In this document: one piece after another, positions 1 to 13,430 of the stretch
Numbering within the stretch: position 1 is the first letter of the stretch
Layout of the letters: each line of letters opens with the position of its first letter
Origin: Camelus ferus
Lineage: Eukaryota
DNA length: 64,000 nt
Direction of reading: 5' to 3'
Assembly: GCF_009834535.1 (NCBI RefSeq)
Contig: NC_045697.1
Coordinates: 58,468,001-58,532,000 of the forward strand
The notes under the pieces: generated by a model
The model's input: the letters and a program-made list of their open reading frames with translations, nothing else
Database searches by the model: none
What the model was told of the DNA's origin: nothing
Position numbers and translations under genes: made by a program

Positions 1-75
1 GTTTATATCTCCAGTAATGAAGGAAGACTCTGACTGCTTTCGGACCGTGTCATTCCACATTCTACGAATTCGGCT
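1..75 (-). CDS. ADGRL3: ADGRL3 exon (5' part only, runs off the window), C-tail: [25 protein letters not shown]...
   Basis: Long polypyrimidine tract and acceptor tttccccatccag|AGC, phase 0. [14 protein letters not shown] is a conserved latrophilin motif. Confidence 0.96.
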
Positions 76-1929
76 CTGGATGGGGAAAGGGAAAAAAGGA
101 AATGAACTCACCATGTGGTGAATTTTCACACAAATTACTCTTTTTTGTTTCTGTTATAGTTAGAGGAGACCTAGATGTCTGGCATATGGCAAATATACAA
201 CTTCTACATGCTTGTAATAGAGTAGCATGAGAATATCAGAAACTACATTAATGATGATAACTGGTTCTCATTGAGAGTATTCTTAAATGCTTATACCAGA
301 AATAATTACAGCTCTTTAAAAGGAATAAATGTAATGTACTATTCTTCTTTAAATATGTTTAATATACATAAAAATGTGTCCTAGACAGAATTTAATAATT
401 GTAATTTCTAAAGTAAAACTAATTATTTTCATTGTAACTTTTATGGGAATGGGATACTTAATGCATTAAATTGTCAGTTTTATTAACAAAAGATTTAGCT
501 TAAGAAATCGGAATCTTGCGAGAAGTAGTTTGGTAAGAAAAGAACACGGACTACTACCCAAATGCTACTAAACTCAACATTTTCCATAAATTTTGTAAGA
601 AGACCAATGTAATTTTACAGGTTACATACTATCTTGACTTTTCTTTCTTTTGAAGGAGATAAAGGAAGTCGATTCATCTTTATTCATTTCTTCACAGTAG
701 GAAGTTTTATACAGAACTGAAAATTCTTACATCATTATATATATTCTCAAATTCAATTTTCTAAGTGTTGGATAATTCAAGAAAGCAGTGTAATATTTTT
801 CCATTTTTGGGGGCTTTTTTTTTCTGGTTTATTGTTTTGCTATTTTATTGAGTATTAACAATCTTGTGACCAAGAAACAAAATATTTTTAGAAGCTTTTC
901 CAAAGATAAAAAAGTTATAACAACTATTACTAGTAGCAATGGGGAAATCAAGCTCACAAATGGGTTATAGTCCAAATATATTTGAACTCTTTGAATAATA
1001 GGAGTATCTAACCTTAAAATATTAGACAACTACTTTTATAAGTTTTGGGACAAGTTTATTCTTCAGAAATATTGTCTACATTGTTACATAGGTCAGCAAA
1101 CACATACATAAACAGCAAAACTAATCAGAGTACAATAAGAAAACCACTGCAGGATTTAGACCTTGAGCACTAGAAAAATGTTTCTACTGAAAAATATTCC
1201 AACACTTCAAACTGAAATACTGGAGACAAATCTCTTATATTTGTTGTATTAGTTAGTTAATTAAAAATATTAATTCCTTTCTACCACATGCCAAATACTA
1301 ATCTAGGAACTACAAAGGGGAAAGGCAAACACAAACCACCTTTACTTTCATGGAACTGCTAGACCAGTAAGTGACAGATTAATCAAATATTAATTAACAG
1401 AAATAATGCAGAAGTCCATGTACCCACAAATCTCCACAGAAGCATTACTTATTATCACTGAAAACTGTGAAGAACCCAAATAACTATTAATGGCAGAAGA
1501 GATGAATAAATTATCAAATAATATACAGCAATGAAAATTAAAAAGCAATACAGATGTCCAAGGAAAGAAGGAGAACATAAAAGGATATGTACAGAATAAT
1601 TTCATTTGAAAAAGTACCAAATACATGCAAAACAAGAACTGCTGTTCAAAGTTAAGATAGTGGTTATGTTTTGAGGTGGATGATTGAGAACAGGTCAAAG
1701 GGTTTCTGAGGTACTCCCAATTCGACCTGGGGAAGGGTGATAAATCACAGTGCCATACATTTATATTTTGTGTGCTTTTGTTAATGTTTATTATCCTACA
1801 TAATTTTGGAGACATCTTAAGTACACATTATAAAGGAATATGTCCTTGTCTAGAAAATCTGCAAACACTGCACTGAAGCAGTGACATCTCAACTGAGAGT
1901 TGATGGAATTATGATCGTTGTTAGGTGAC

Positions 1930-2510
1930 ATTTATTTGAACTGCCTCTATTATCTTCTATTATTATCGTCTGTTAGTCTCTCCTACCTGGGCTAGCCACA
2001 CCTGTTTCCATGCTGTTCCTTAACATGCCAAGCATGCTTCTGCCTTAGGCTTTGCACAATTGTTTCTTCTGTCTCGGGTGCTCCTTTCCCAGATACTGGT
2101 ATGAATAACTCCTTCATCTCTTTTAATTTTTACTCAAATATTTTCTCCTTAAAGAGACCTCACTAGATCACCCTATTTAGAATTGTACTCCATCCACCCA
2201 ATTTTACAATTTCTGACCCTAGAATCATTACTATATTCTATGATACTCTGTATTATTATAATGTACTTAATTCTTATATTTATATTTAACGTCCAATTTT
2301 TTTTGATGGAGGTACTGGGGATTGAACCCAGGACTTTGTGCATTCTAAACATGTGCTCTACCACTGAGCTATACTCCCCTCATTAATGTCTAATACTTAA
2401 TGTCCAATGTCTGCATTAGGTGTGAGGGTCTAGAAGAACAGAAATTTTGTCTTTTTTTGTTCATTGATGTATCACACACCTGAAATAATGCCTAGTACAT
2501 GGTAATTATT
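1930..2510 (+). mobile_element. LINE-2 3' fragment, interrupted by the SINE at 2297-2380
   Basis: catgccaagcatgcttctgccttaggctttgcac...ttgttcattgatgtatc...aatgcctagtacatggta. Confidence 0.72.
2297..2380 (-). mobile_element. tRNA-derived SINE, camelid Vic-1 type, short form with A tail
   Basis: Reverse complement ggggagtatagctcagtggtagagcac...gtcctgggttcaatccccagtacctccatc(A)8 with Pol III A and B boxes. Degenerate TSD ttaacgtccaat/ttaatgtctaat. Confidence 0.85.
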
Positions 2511-2569
2511 ATATATGAGTATATATATAAATATATAATATTCAAATATTTCTATTAATTCTATGTTCT

Positions 2570-2745
2570 ATGCTATGTATTTTTCATGTATTCACTCATT
2601 GAAACCTCCCAAGAATTCCTTGAGGTAGGTATTCTTTTATTCATCAGAAAACTGAGGTTTAGAGGTTAAGATGTTCAATATCACAGATTCAAGTAAGTGC
2701 ATAAACAATATCTGAATCCAGTCATCTGGCTCCTAATCTAGGAGA
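2570..2745 (-). mobile_element. MIR SINE fragment
   Basis: tgaggtaggtatt...gaaaactgaggtttagaggttaag...tgaatccagtcatctggctcc. Confidence 0.7.
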
Positions 2746-2859
2746 TTAAAAAGTACCCACACTATATCAAATAATCGTTGAGTAGGAAGAGGAGAAAAGG
2801 ATAAAATATTACAGGCAGAGGAAAAGTACATAGTATGTGTGACACAGAGCCAGCACTTA

Positions 2860-3230
2860 AATGTTCATGGGATGAACCAGACAAGCCTTAGAATGTGGGA
2901 GTGAGTAAAAGCAAGTCACAGAAGAACATATACAGTAAGATATCATTTTAAAGAAAGATTTTTTAAAAGGCAGAGTAAACAACATCTTTTTTGAAGAAGA
3001 ATAAACTATTCAAATAAGTCAAGGAAATGAAGAACAAAGTTAGTAGAGTGTCTCTGGTAGGGAAGCACAGGGATGAGTTAGGGAGAGGTTTCAGGAAGAG
3101 AAAAACAAATGGAAAACATTCTATTTCCTAAGGTAGATGATGAGTTCACAGGTGTTGATTTTATTACAATGCTTCACAATTTAATATGTGCTACATATTT
3201 TATGTTTTGAATACCATATAATAAAAGTAA
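2860..3230 (+). mobile_element. Old LINE-1 3' end fragment (L1ME-like)
   Basis: attctatttcctaaggtagatgatgagttcacaggtgttgattttatt is typical of L1ME 3' ends. Confidence 0.55.
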
Positions 3231-3489
3231 ATACATCTACAAAGTCAGTAAAACAAATGAAAGATAAATGACAGAACAGTTAATGAAAGGTCAAAGTGGA
3301 AAGGACAATACTTCAGTCCATAGTTTTTATAAATACACAAACACACTACCAATCCTGTACATATCTCTGTGAATATACATTTGTGTGGTTAGGGGTATTA
3401 TCAACCTTTTATAAGTGGTTAGTACCAGGAAGTAGGTATGGGAACCAACAGTGGAGAGGATTTTTACTTTTTAGTCTTGCCAATCACAC

Positions 3490-4050
3490 CCCTCCATTAC
3501 CTACATACTAGCCATGTGATCTTTATTACATGAGTGATTTCCTGTCACTTCCTTTTCTAAATGGACCCATTGGCTTTCTACAATAATCAAAATAAATTCT
3601 AAACTTCCATACCCTTACAAATACCTAATATCTTTGACTTCATCTCCCATTTACTCTCTCACTGCTTTAGCCAATGACATTCTTCCTATTCCTGAATTTG
3701 CAAGTTCTGCCCACTTAAGGGCTTTATATGAGATGTTCTCTCACCTGGAGTTCTCTTTCCCTGAACTTCCTTCCAGTCATCTCCCCAAATAGTCTTTGTC
3801 CAGCACTTAATCCAAGTAACCACCTGGACGTTCTGTATCCCATTATTTGGGATACAGATATTTGGTTCTCTACCAGCTCTCATAATCTGATATTCTCTGT
3901 TGGTTTATTTGTTTGCTAATGCATTTTTTGCCTTTTACAACTAGAATGAAAGCTCCAGATCATAGGGGAAGTTATTTGTCTTTTAATATTTTATCTCCAG
4001 AGCTTAGAAGACTGCTTGGCATTATATAAGAGAAACTATTTCTTAATAAA
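3490..4050 (+). mobile_element. LINE-2 3' fragment
   Basis: ctagaatgaaagctcca...tatctccagagcttagaagactgcttggcat. Confidence 0.68.
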
Positions 4051-4409
4051 AAATTTCAGGATTGTTATTTTAGAAGTTCTCTGATGTGAAAAAGGCATCT
4101 ATACTCCCAGAATTTTACCTTAATATCAGTGAGTATTCTAGACTTTGTTCATGGAAGTTCACAGCTAATATGAAATATTTATTATTTTTACCTAAACAGA
4201 CTGAATTTAAGTAACGATTACTTTATATAGGTTGGATTGTCATAGTTAATCAGAATTAGTATTATAATGAGCATAAAGAAACAATGTAAGTTTTTTCCCC
4301 CAACATTAGAATTATGGTGTTATAACTATAAAAGTGAAAAAATGACACAGCTTTAAAATATATACCTGAAATAGTTTCTGTAATAATGACACTAGTAAGT
4401 GGTAGCTGC

Positions 4410-4630
4410 TCCAATTTGTTGAGCATTTACAATTTGTTTTGTTTTGTATACATTAGTTCAGTCTTCCTAACAACGTAAGAAGTCAGTATTACTACCACCA
4501 CTTTACACATGAAAAAACCGAGGGAGAGTGAGGTTTAGTAACTTGTGTCACAGCTGGTATATGGCAAGGCTAGAATTCAATCCAAGGTCTATCTACCCAT
4601 TAAATTTATGATTATTTTATTAAGCTGCAC
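4410..4630 (-). mobile_element. MIR SINE
   Basis: ttgagcatttac...ctttacacatgaaaaaaccgagg...taacttgtgtcacagctggta...gaattcaatccaaggtct. Confidence 0.7.
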
Positions 4631-6502
4631 TGTCCTATCTTGTAGTTTAGAAGTAATGCTAAACATTGCAAAACTCTGTTCTAACATAATAAATGAAACT
4701 CCAAAATATTATTGTTCATCAAGGGCATATGTCAATAAAATGACTACAGGATGATGGTTGATAAGCTCAGTTTTATGAAAAGCATGCAGAAACTAATCAA
4801 GTTAAATGACATACAGAATCTCGGAAATTTCAGTTTAAAAGTTGTGGAAAAGACTGTTACAAAAAAGAGAGACAAGAAGAGAGATAAGAATCATCAGGTT
4901 GAAAATTAAGGAGTGGATTATAAGGAACTCATGCTGGAAGCATCATTCAGGTGCGCCCCCTACCTTATGTGAGACGTCAGATTCCGAACTGGCAAATTTG
5001 GTAGTCTGAAATTCAGAAATCTCAGTGCACCTAAGCTGGTACACTCCTTCCCCCAATTTGCAACTGTGCAACCTCAGTAAGGTATAGAAATACTAAAACA
5101 AATACAAATTATTAGTGATTGTAAATTATGGGTAGGAATAAGTTTCATGATCATTATATTTCGTGGTTATTAGCTTACGTGTTAAGATAGTCTGATAAGT
5201 TTGACAGTTATATATTAGATTTAAAATTTTCAGTTGGAATTATTAGATTGACATTAGATATGCAATTTTATTTGTAAGATTTTAAAAGAGAATTCCTTTA
5301 GTTTGAGGAAAGTGTTTGTTTATGAGAACATTGTTCACTATTTTTGATTTATAGGTTTTTCAAGTGCTAGTTAGATGTGTACAACTGTCCAGTCTGACAG
5401 TGGATATGTTTGAATGAATCAGATATGTTAGATTTGTAAGTAATATGTGAAAGTTACAAGGATATTTAATTTTCTATGGATATGAATGGTGGAACTGTTT
5501 AGGAGAATTTTATCTATTAAATTTACAAGCCAATTAGGAATTAATTAAAGAACAAATGAAGTCATCTTTTTTATTTTATATATAAAATTATCAAAATAAA
5601 AAATAGATTTATAGGTGGAGCTAAAAGAGTTTTAAAAAAACTAAGTTCTTGATTATAATTTTATTTATGAAGTTAAGGTCTCCTTCAGAAAATTTCAGTT
5701 AGCAACAGAAAAAAAAATGACTGTTTTTCCCACCAAACCATGCAGTCTTAAAAATGCTAGTCTGAACTCAAACTCATGCATAACACATAATCTTATGTCT
5801 TTTATTTACCTGGCTTATTTTAGCATCCTAGATTTGCTGAAATTTCTACATAATAGTATTTGAACTGACACTGTGGCCTGGGATAAATGGCAGACAAGTT
5901 CCCTCAAAGTTTCAAATTTCCCTGGTAAGGGATGATGCAGCTGCTAAATCTATTGTAGGACTGATGGGAGTAGCACTTAGACCAGTTAAATCAATGATGC
6001 TGTTATGGGATTCTCATTGCCCTGACTTGTTCTTCAACTTACCAGCATACAATATGGTACCAGTTATAACTGTTATTTTACTAAACATATCATTTAATCA
6101 GTAAGGATTTTCAGTGTGTGATAAAGAATTGCTATGCTAGTTAAAAGAAAAAATTAACTCAAGAATCATACATATAAAATGTTACTTCCTTCGAACTTTG
6201 GGTGAAATGCCAAATTCCTTTCCTCATCTTCTATACTCAGTTGACTAGGAACATTCTGAAATTATTAATTATTATGCAAACTTAGACTATACATTTCACA
6301 AATTTTTTGCAATTTTGGTTTCTTAAATTTCGTGTCATGACCATTCTCATTTGAGACACACTGAAACAAAAAGAGTAAATTTGTTAAACATGGGATAGAA
6401 AACAGATCTGATCAAGAAAGGACAGAAACTCATAACATAATATAGGTAACAGACTTTATTTTTTTTAGAGACATTTCATTTTAATGAACAAACATTGTTT
6501 AC

Positions 6503-6628
6503 CTGTGAGCCCGTGGAGTAGCGCCCAGGAGTTCGAGAACCAGATGTTTTCCCTGAGCCAATAGAACTCTCTGTACTTTTGCCACTACAACAATGTGTTC
6601 GCAGGCATTTTCCATATTCTTTTCGTAC
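6503..6628 (-). CDS. ADGRL3: ADGRL3 exon, 126 nt, helix 8 and proximal C-tail: VRKEYGKCLRTHCCSGKSTESSIGSGKTSGSRTPGRYSTGSQ
   Basis: Acceptor atttttgactag|GTA, donor CAG|gtaaac, phase 0/0. 42 open codons, locally CpG-rich. Not in the ORF track. Confidence 0.97.
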
Positions 6629-9600
6629 CTAGTCAAAAATATTAACTTCTGTTAGCAAGTAAATCATTTCAGCTAGAAAATGTGGTATAAAATCTATGTG
6701 AGTTTTATTTTTAGATAATTAATACAATAATTTTTTGCCCTACAGTTACAAGAAACTGTTTTCAGCATACATTTTACGTATATTTTATAAGACAATATTC
6801 ATCCTGTCAAGATTGAAATTTTGCATAATTGGAGGCTTTCAAAACATGTGCACACATACGTGTCCAATCACACCATAATGATACAATCTCTTAGTTGAAA
6901 AAAAAAAAAACTTAAGACTCTTCAAGACACTATTTTTAGCTTCGTAGATTTGATATGAAGTCACCTATTGGGTACAGCTGTTCTTTATGCAGAAATATAG
7001 TGAGAAAGTTAGAGAGGAGAGTGATGAAGAAACAAGAGGGAAAGGAAGAAGGAGACAGAATTTTAAGACAGAACAGAGCAAAAAGAACATGTTCGGCCAA
7101 GCATTTCTTTTAAATTTCTATTTCTTAGACATTCATTTCTCTTAAAGGAGGTCAAATTTGCAACTTGGGAATATAAAATTCAAAATATTTAAAATTTATT
7201 CCCTCAAAATAGTTCTAGTCAATAACCACAGAGAAATGTGATTGCTTTTCTTTATAGCACTGTGATTAAATTCTTAATCCTGGTTGTAGTAAAAAACATG
7301 GATAATGTTTAAAATTTTGACTACTGCCTATTTAGGCAAATAATACATAATAGAAATAAACAAGTAACTGCCCTAAAGCACACCTTCACTATCAACATCA
7401 AGAAAAATAATCACTGATTACATGTTCATCAACTAAAAACACATTCTAGGACAACTTACTGGTTTTACATTCAAAATTTTACATTAATTATGAAATAAGA
7501 CTATATATATGTTATTCTTAGCTCTTTATTGCTTTCACCTAAGTTCATATTTCCATATATTGTGACAATGTAATACTATTTAAAACAAAGTTATAGAAAT
7601 ATGCTTTTTTGAGAAATCTCTATTTAGAGTCAAAAGCAAAAAAAAGCATGAATGCTACATTAAAATTAGTATTTAAAATTAAACATTACATCTTAACATA
7701 TTAAGTTCATTCTATTGTAGATATAGCAAAATCAGAGATTAACTATATTCAGATTTGTCTGGAGAACTCACATTCACTGAATGCACATAATGTGGTAGGA
7801 ACAAAGACAGAGTCAGGTGAATCAAAGCATGGAGGAGGAGTGCCTACTGGAAGTAGGTAGGGGGCCAAGGAAGGCGGCTCAGAGAAGAGGACTTCTGAGG
7901 GAATCTTCAAAAGATAGGTTGGAATTTGTCAGTTTAGACGATGAAGTTGAAAGAGTGGACAAACAAGAAAAAAGAGGCATTCAGCATGAGTAAAACAGAG
8001 AGGCATGATGTGCTAATCTTTGAGGCCTTTCTCTGATTGGTAATGCCCAAATTACATATTCTTAAATATATTTTAATTATATTAATGTGTTTTCCAATCA
8101 GTCTCTTCTATGCTACATTTATCAATAATTAGAAATAATTATTTTTATCCACTGTTTACTAATTCATATTTTATTTATTTTTTAAAAGAAAGTAAGTCCG
8201 TGCTAACTTGTGTGTGTGTCCAAGATATGTGAGTTTGGGAGGGTGAGATGAAGAAGCATCTGCTTTTAAACCACTATTTGCTAAGAACTGTGCTAGGCCC
8301 CTCCCTCTAAATGATTCTGGGAAATAATTATTACCTACGTTTTATAGGTAAGAACACTGAATAGATTAAGTAATGAAAGTGAACTGAAAGACTGAAAAGG
8401 TAAGTGATGTGCCTTATGTGAAAAAATCCAAATCTCATAGATGCTCTATGGTCAGAAAAGTCTTACTAAAATGCCACATTTCCAGTATTTACATAAGACC
8501 AACATAAGGCATTATATTTTATTAATATTATTATTAAAGTAAGAGATTATCTCCCTCTTTGTCTCTGGAAAAAATAAGGACAAACATTTAATTAGAACTT
8601 GAAGAAGCTTAAAATAATCTCCACCTGAAAATAAGTACTATCAATTACAACTTGTACTGAATTTATGATGCCTCTCCAAGAACCTAAACTTTGATCATAA
8701 CCTACATCCCACTTTCTTTTTTCCTAATATACTCAGCAAGAGATATTTTTCTTCTTAGAAGAGAACGTGGTTTCTAATGAAATGATCTAATGGTCTAATA
8801 ATCTAAACATATATTTTGGGGGGGAGAGAGACAGAAAGAGAGGAGAGAAAGAGACCCACCCCCCTTCCTGTTACTTACAAAGGCAGCAATAGTGTATAAT
8901 CCACAGGAATTCATCATGGACTATTTACATTTATGAACAGCAGTTAAATGTTCTGAACTGATTATATAAACAGTCAGTAAATCTAGATATCTGGTGAAGC
9001 CAAGTCCCACATTTAGCTAGATTATTTACTGAATCATTACTGATTTTATTTTTCTATGATTTGAAATGGTAAGCATGTATTTTAAAAAGAAGAGAACAAA
9101 ATAACATGGACAATGTCCACGAGATATTTCTCTTTAGATTACAATAAAAGCTATTTGACTGCTCAATCATTTGTCTATTGCAATCCAATATTTCACATGA
9201 TACTCCATCTTACCCCAATCAAATACTGCATCTTACTATTTTAATGTGAGGTTGTCCTAGAATATATAAAGATAGGAAAGAAAATACACCTGACCAATAG
9301 AATATTTGTTTTATACTCTCTGATCAGAAATAAAATAATTATGAAACCCTCTGAGATATATCACATAATTGAGTGCATAACAAAAGAAAAAGTAACAATT
9401 TTAATGTCACCAGTGGAGACACTGGTGACACAATCATGCAATCCACATTTCAAAAAGGAGTGACAACTCAAAGTTTGATTTTTGTTAATGAGTTGAGTTG
9501 ATCAACAAATAATCTAATAAAACAAAATATCTCAAAAATAAAATACTTCATAATTCTCTAATCATAGGAGCAACTACTTTAAAATGAGTATATTATTGAA

Positions 9601-9638
9601 ATTCAATCAGATGGCTTTAGAAAAACCTCCTACAAGAA

Positions 9639-11363
9639 GTAAAATTGTTAAAATGTCCATATGACCCAATGCTGTCTATAGATTCAATGCATCTCTATAA
9701 AAATTCCAATGATATTTTTCACAGATATAGAAAAAACAATCCTAAAATTTGTACAGAACTACCAAAGACCCCAAATAGCCAGAGCAACCCTGAGCAAGAA
9801 CAAAGCTGGAGACAGCACATTTTCTGACTTCACTCTATACTACAAAGCTATAGTAATCAAAACAGTATGGTACATTATAAACACATAGATAAAGGAACAG
9901 CTCAAGAGTCAAGAAATAAACCCTTGCATAAACAGTCAACTAATATCTGACAAGGGGGTCATGAATAATTAATGGGAAAAAGGCATTCTCTTCTATAAAT
10001 GGTGTTAGGGAAACTGGATAACCACATGCAGAAGAATGAAATTGAACCCCTACCACCCACAACATTTAACTTAAAATCTATTAAAGACTTAAATGTAAGA
10101 CCTGAAACCATGAAACTCCTAGAAGAAAACATAGGGGGAAAGCTCCTGGACATTGGTCTTGGTGATAATTTTTTGGATATGACATCAAAAACACAAGCAA
10201 CAAAGCAAAAGTAATGAATTGCACTACATCAAACTAAAGCTTCTGCACAGCAAGAGAAACAACAAAATAAAATGACAATCTAAGAATTAAATAAAATATT
10301 TGTAAATTGTAAATCTAATAAGGGTTTAACATTAAAAAATATAGAGTACTTATACAACTCAAAAGCAAAAAAGAGAACAATCCAATTTAAAAATGGACAA
10401 AAGAAATGAATGGGCATTTTTTTTCCTAAGAAGACATACAAATGTTTAACATGAAAAGATGCTCAACATAACTAATTAGAAAAATAGAAATCAAAGTAAC
10501 AATGAGATATCACTTCACATGTGTGAGAATGGCTATCATCAAGAAGACAAGAGATAAAAAGTATTGGTGAGGATATAGAGAAAAGAGAGTCTTTGTGCAC
10601 TGCTGGTGGGTATGTAAATTTGTGCAGCCACTATGAAAAACAGTATGGAGGTTCCTCAAAAAATTAAAAATAGAACTACAATATATGATCCAGCAATCCC
10701 ACACCGGGGTCTATAACCAAAGGAAATGAAATCAGGATCTCAAAGAGACTTCTGCACTCCCATGTTCACTGCAGTGTTAGTCACAATAGCCAAGATATGG
10801 AAACAATCTTAGTTACCACCAATGAATGAATGGATGAAGAAAATATAGCACCTATATACAATGGAATATTATTCAGTCATAAAGGAGAAGGAAATTCTGC
10901 CATTTGCAACAACACTGGAAGGACCTTGAGGGCATTATGCTTAGTGAAGTAAGTCAGAGAAAGATGAATGTTGTATGGGATCACTTACATATCAAATCTA
11001 AAACAGGCAAACTCATAGAAACAGATTAGATTGGCTACCAGAGGTTGGAGGGTGGGGGAAATGGGGAGATGTTGGTCCAAGGGTACAAACTATTAGCCAT
11101 AAGATGAATAAGTTCTAGGAATCTAATGTATAAGGTGATTTTCAGTAACAATACTGTATTATATACTTGAAAGTTGCTAAGAGAGATTGTAAATATTCTC
11201 ACCACAAAAAAAGGAAAACGTAATTATGTTAGATGATAGAGGTATTAGATAATACTATGGTGGTAATGATTTCACAATATATTAATGTATCAAATCAATA
11301 CATTGTACACCTTAAACTTACACAATACTATATCTCAATTATAGCTCAATTAAAAAATGAAAT
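9639..11363 (+). mobile_element. 5'-truncated LINE-1 (L1MA-like): degraded ORF2 C-terminal part plus 3' UTR and A-rich tail; antisense to ADGRL3
   Basis: ORF2-like remnants such as IKDLNVRPETMKLLEENIG and typical 3' UTR phrases (tacattgtacaccttaaacttacacaa). Degenerate TSD aaaacctcctacaagaa (9622-9638) / aaaatctcctaagaa (from 11364). Many frameshifts. Confidence 0.93.
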
Positions 11364-11585
11364 AAAATCTCCTAAGAAAGTTTCTGCAGATTCAAAGAGA
11401 AATATTTTCACTTTTTTATAGAAAAAAGAAGTGAATAATAATTTCATGTCCTCCATATTCTCTGATGTTGGGCCTTGATCCAATAAAAATGTCACTAAAA
11501 TAAAAAAAATTCAAAATACAGAATGGATGAAAGCATAATACACTTACTACCAGTTACTATAAATCATAAAAGTAAGCTTCTAAAT

Positions 11586-11798
11586 CAAGGCTTGGCACTC
11601 TTTTTCATGAAGGGCCAGGCAGTCAATATTTAGGCTTTGTGAATCAAGAGGAAAAACCAAGGATGCTGTGACTGTGACTTATTTTGAATTTTAAATGTAC
11701 CCATTTAAAAATGTAAAAACCATTCTTGGCTGACTGACTGTAAAAATTAAAGGCAGATGGACAAATGTGGCCCACAAGCTGGAATTTGTTGAACTCTG
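11586..11798. mobile_element. hAT-Charlie MITE, MER58-like
   Basis: Termini caaggcttggca ... tgttgaactctg. Internal aagggccagg...aatatttaggctttg and aaaatgtaaaaaccattctt. 8-bp TSD-like ttctaaat/ttctaatg. Confidence 0.8.
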
Positions 11799-12549
11799 TT
11801 CTAATGAATCACAAAATTGAGCTTGATGACATATATTTTAAAGATTTTCACTTCTGTTAAATATGTTCAATATACCAAAAACTCTAGACTTGTTTTTAGA
11901 TACTGACGTTCAGTATTTCTGCCTGGATATCAAATGCAATTCCTAGTTATACCAGTGATGTGTATTTGTAAGACTACTAAAAATAAAAATAATAATTGGG
12001 AAAACTCTATTAGAAATTGGCTAATAAAAAATAATCACAACCAAAGTAATTCATGCATAAAATACAAAAAATCTTTTCTGCCCTGTAGAAAATTTCGATA
12101 TTCACTCTAAAAACTTAAAACTTCTTAGTCCAATTTCCAGCTAATATATAAAATAAAGATACTTGGTAAATCTGGTTCACTATATTTGAATAAGTTATAA
12201 CCATGATGGCCCAATATTCCCTTATTTACATGGAAAAATGCTACCTTTTCCTTAATCTCCTGATTTTTCTCCCATCGTTCCATGTATTTCTCTTGACAAT
12301 CAGTTACAGGTTTCTTCTACAAAAATCTAGAAATCTTTCCAAGCGCTTAGTCTCTCTGACTTCTCTGAAGTGTTTCATAATACTGACCACTGTCTACTTC
12401 TGGACATTTTCTCCTATCTTTAACTCAGTGTATTATCTTGATTCTCATCCTTCTCCTCAGATACCGCCTTCCTTCCATTTCTAACTCTTTCTCATCATTC
12501 ACATGTCTCCTACTCTTAACACTCATCAAGTATGGTAGACTGCTAGCTG

Positions 12550-12890
12550 TTTGTAATACCCAATTCCTCATCTTCCTGGGGTCAAAAAGGTAGACTATGT
12601 TTCCCAGTCTTCCTCGCAGTTTAGGTGGTACCACTGATAGTGTCCTAGGTGATGGAGGGTGAGTAGAAGTGATGTGAGCCACTTCCAGACCTTTTATACA
12701 GGATCCTTTCTTTCTCAGACTGTCTGCTGGATATCAAAACCCTAAGTGACTGTGGAAGTCATATAGTGAGGCTGGTTGGGTCTTCATCAGCCTGTGTCCC
12801 TCCATGAGGCACCCTTATCAACTGGGCCATGAGTAAAAAAGATAAATGTTTATTGGGTTAAAAACTGAAATTTAGCGCATATGTATACTA
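12550..12890 (+). mobile_element. MLT1 (ERVL-MaLR) LTR, MLT1J-like
   Basis: ttcccagtct...gcagtttaggtgg...gtgagtagaagtgatgtgagccacttccag...ataaatgtttattgggttaa...ctgaaattt. Confidence 0.72.
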
Positions 12891-13309
12891 AGGAAGAATC
12901 ACCCATTCCAACATAAGCTCTTTTCTAAAGTTAATTCTAATCCATCAGATTAGAATCCCTCCTCTCCAACATCATAATCTCTTTTCTTTTCTGTAACCTA
13001 CATTTATAGGTCTGAGTCATCATTACCATTGTAGCTTGTATTTAAGATCATGTCAATATATTTTTAATACCTACCACCACATAAAATTGAAACAGTATAA
13101 AACTGGACTCATCTTGAAAAATGGATACCTTTCTATATTTTTATTTTTGGTCTATTAGTCTCTCAAGCCAAAAATCATACAGATAGATATTTTTACTCTT
13201 TATTTTGTTTTCCAAAGAAAAATTTCAAGTCCCTTTCTTAGAAAGAAACAAATTCACATTTTACCATTTCATTTTCAGAGCCACCTCTCAATATTGCATA
13301 ATTATTTTT

Positions 13310-13430
13310 ATTACATCCATTTCACACATGAGGAAACTGGGGCATATAAAGGTTAATTAAATGGCCCAAAGTCACACAAGCCTTTAAGTAGAGGAAGGAG
13401 GATTCAGACCCAGTCTTGGTTGAGGGATCT
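13310..13430 (-). mobile_element. MIR SINE core
   Basis: ccatttcacacatgaggaaactgggg...ggttaattaaatggcccaaagtcacac. Confidence 0.72.

Noticed and set aside
104..121. Consensus donor ATG|gtgagt and small inverted repeat tcacca-tg-tggtga near the last acceptor
   Set aside because: Only about 35 nt upstream of the acceptor, too short for an intron. A 6-bp stem is expected by chance.
9645..10704. ORFs resembling reverse-transcriptase C-terminal peptides
   Set aside because: Frameshifted remnants of LINE-1 ORF2, not a functional gene.
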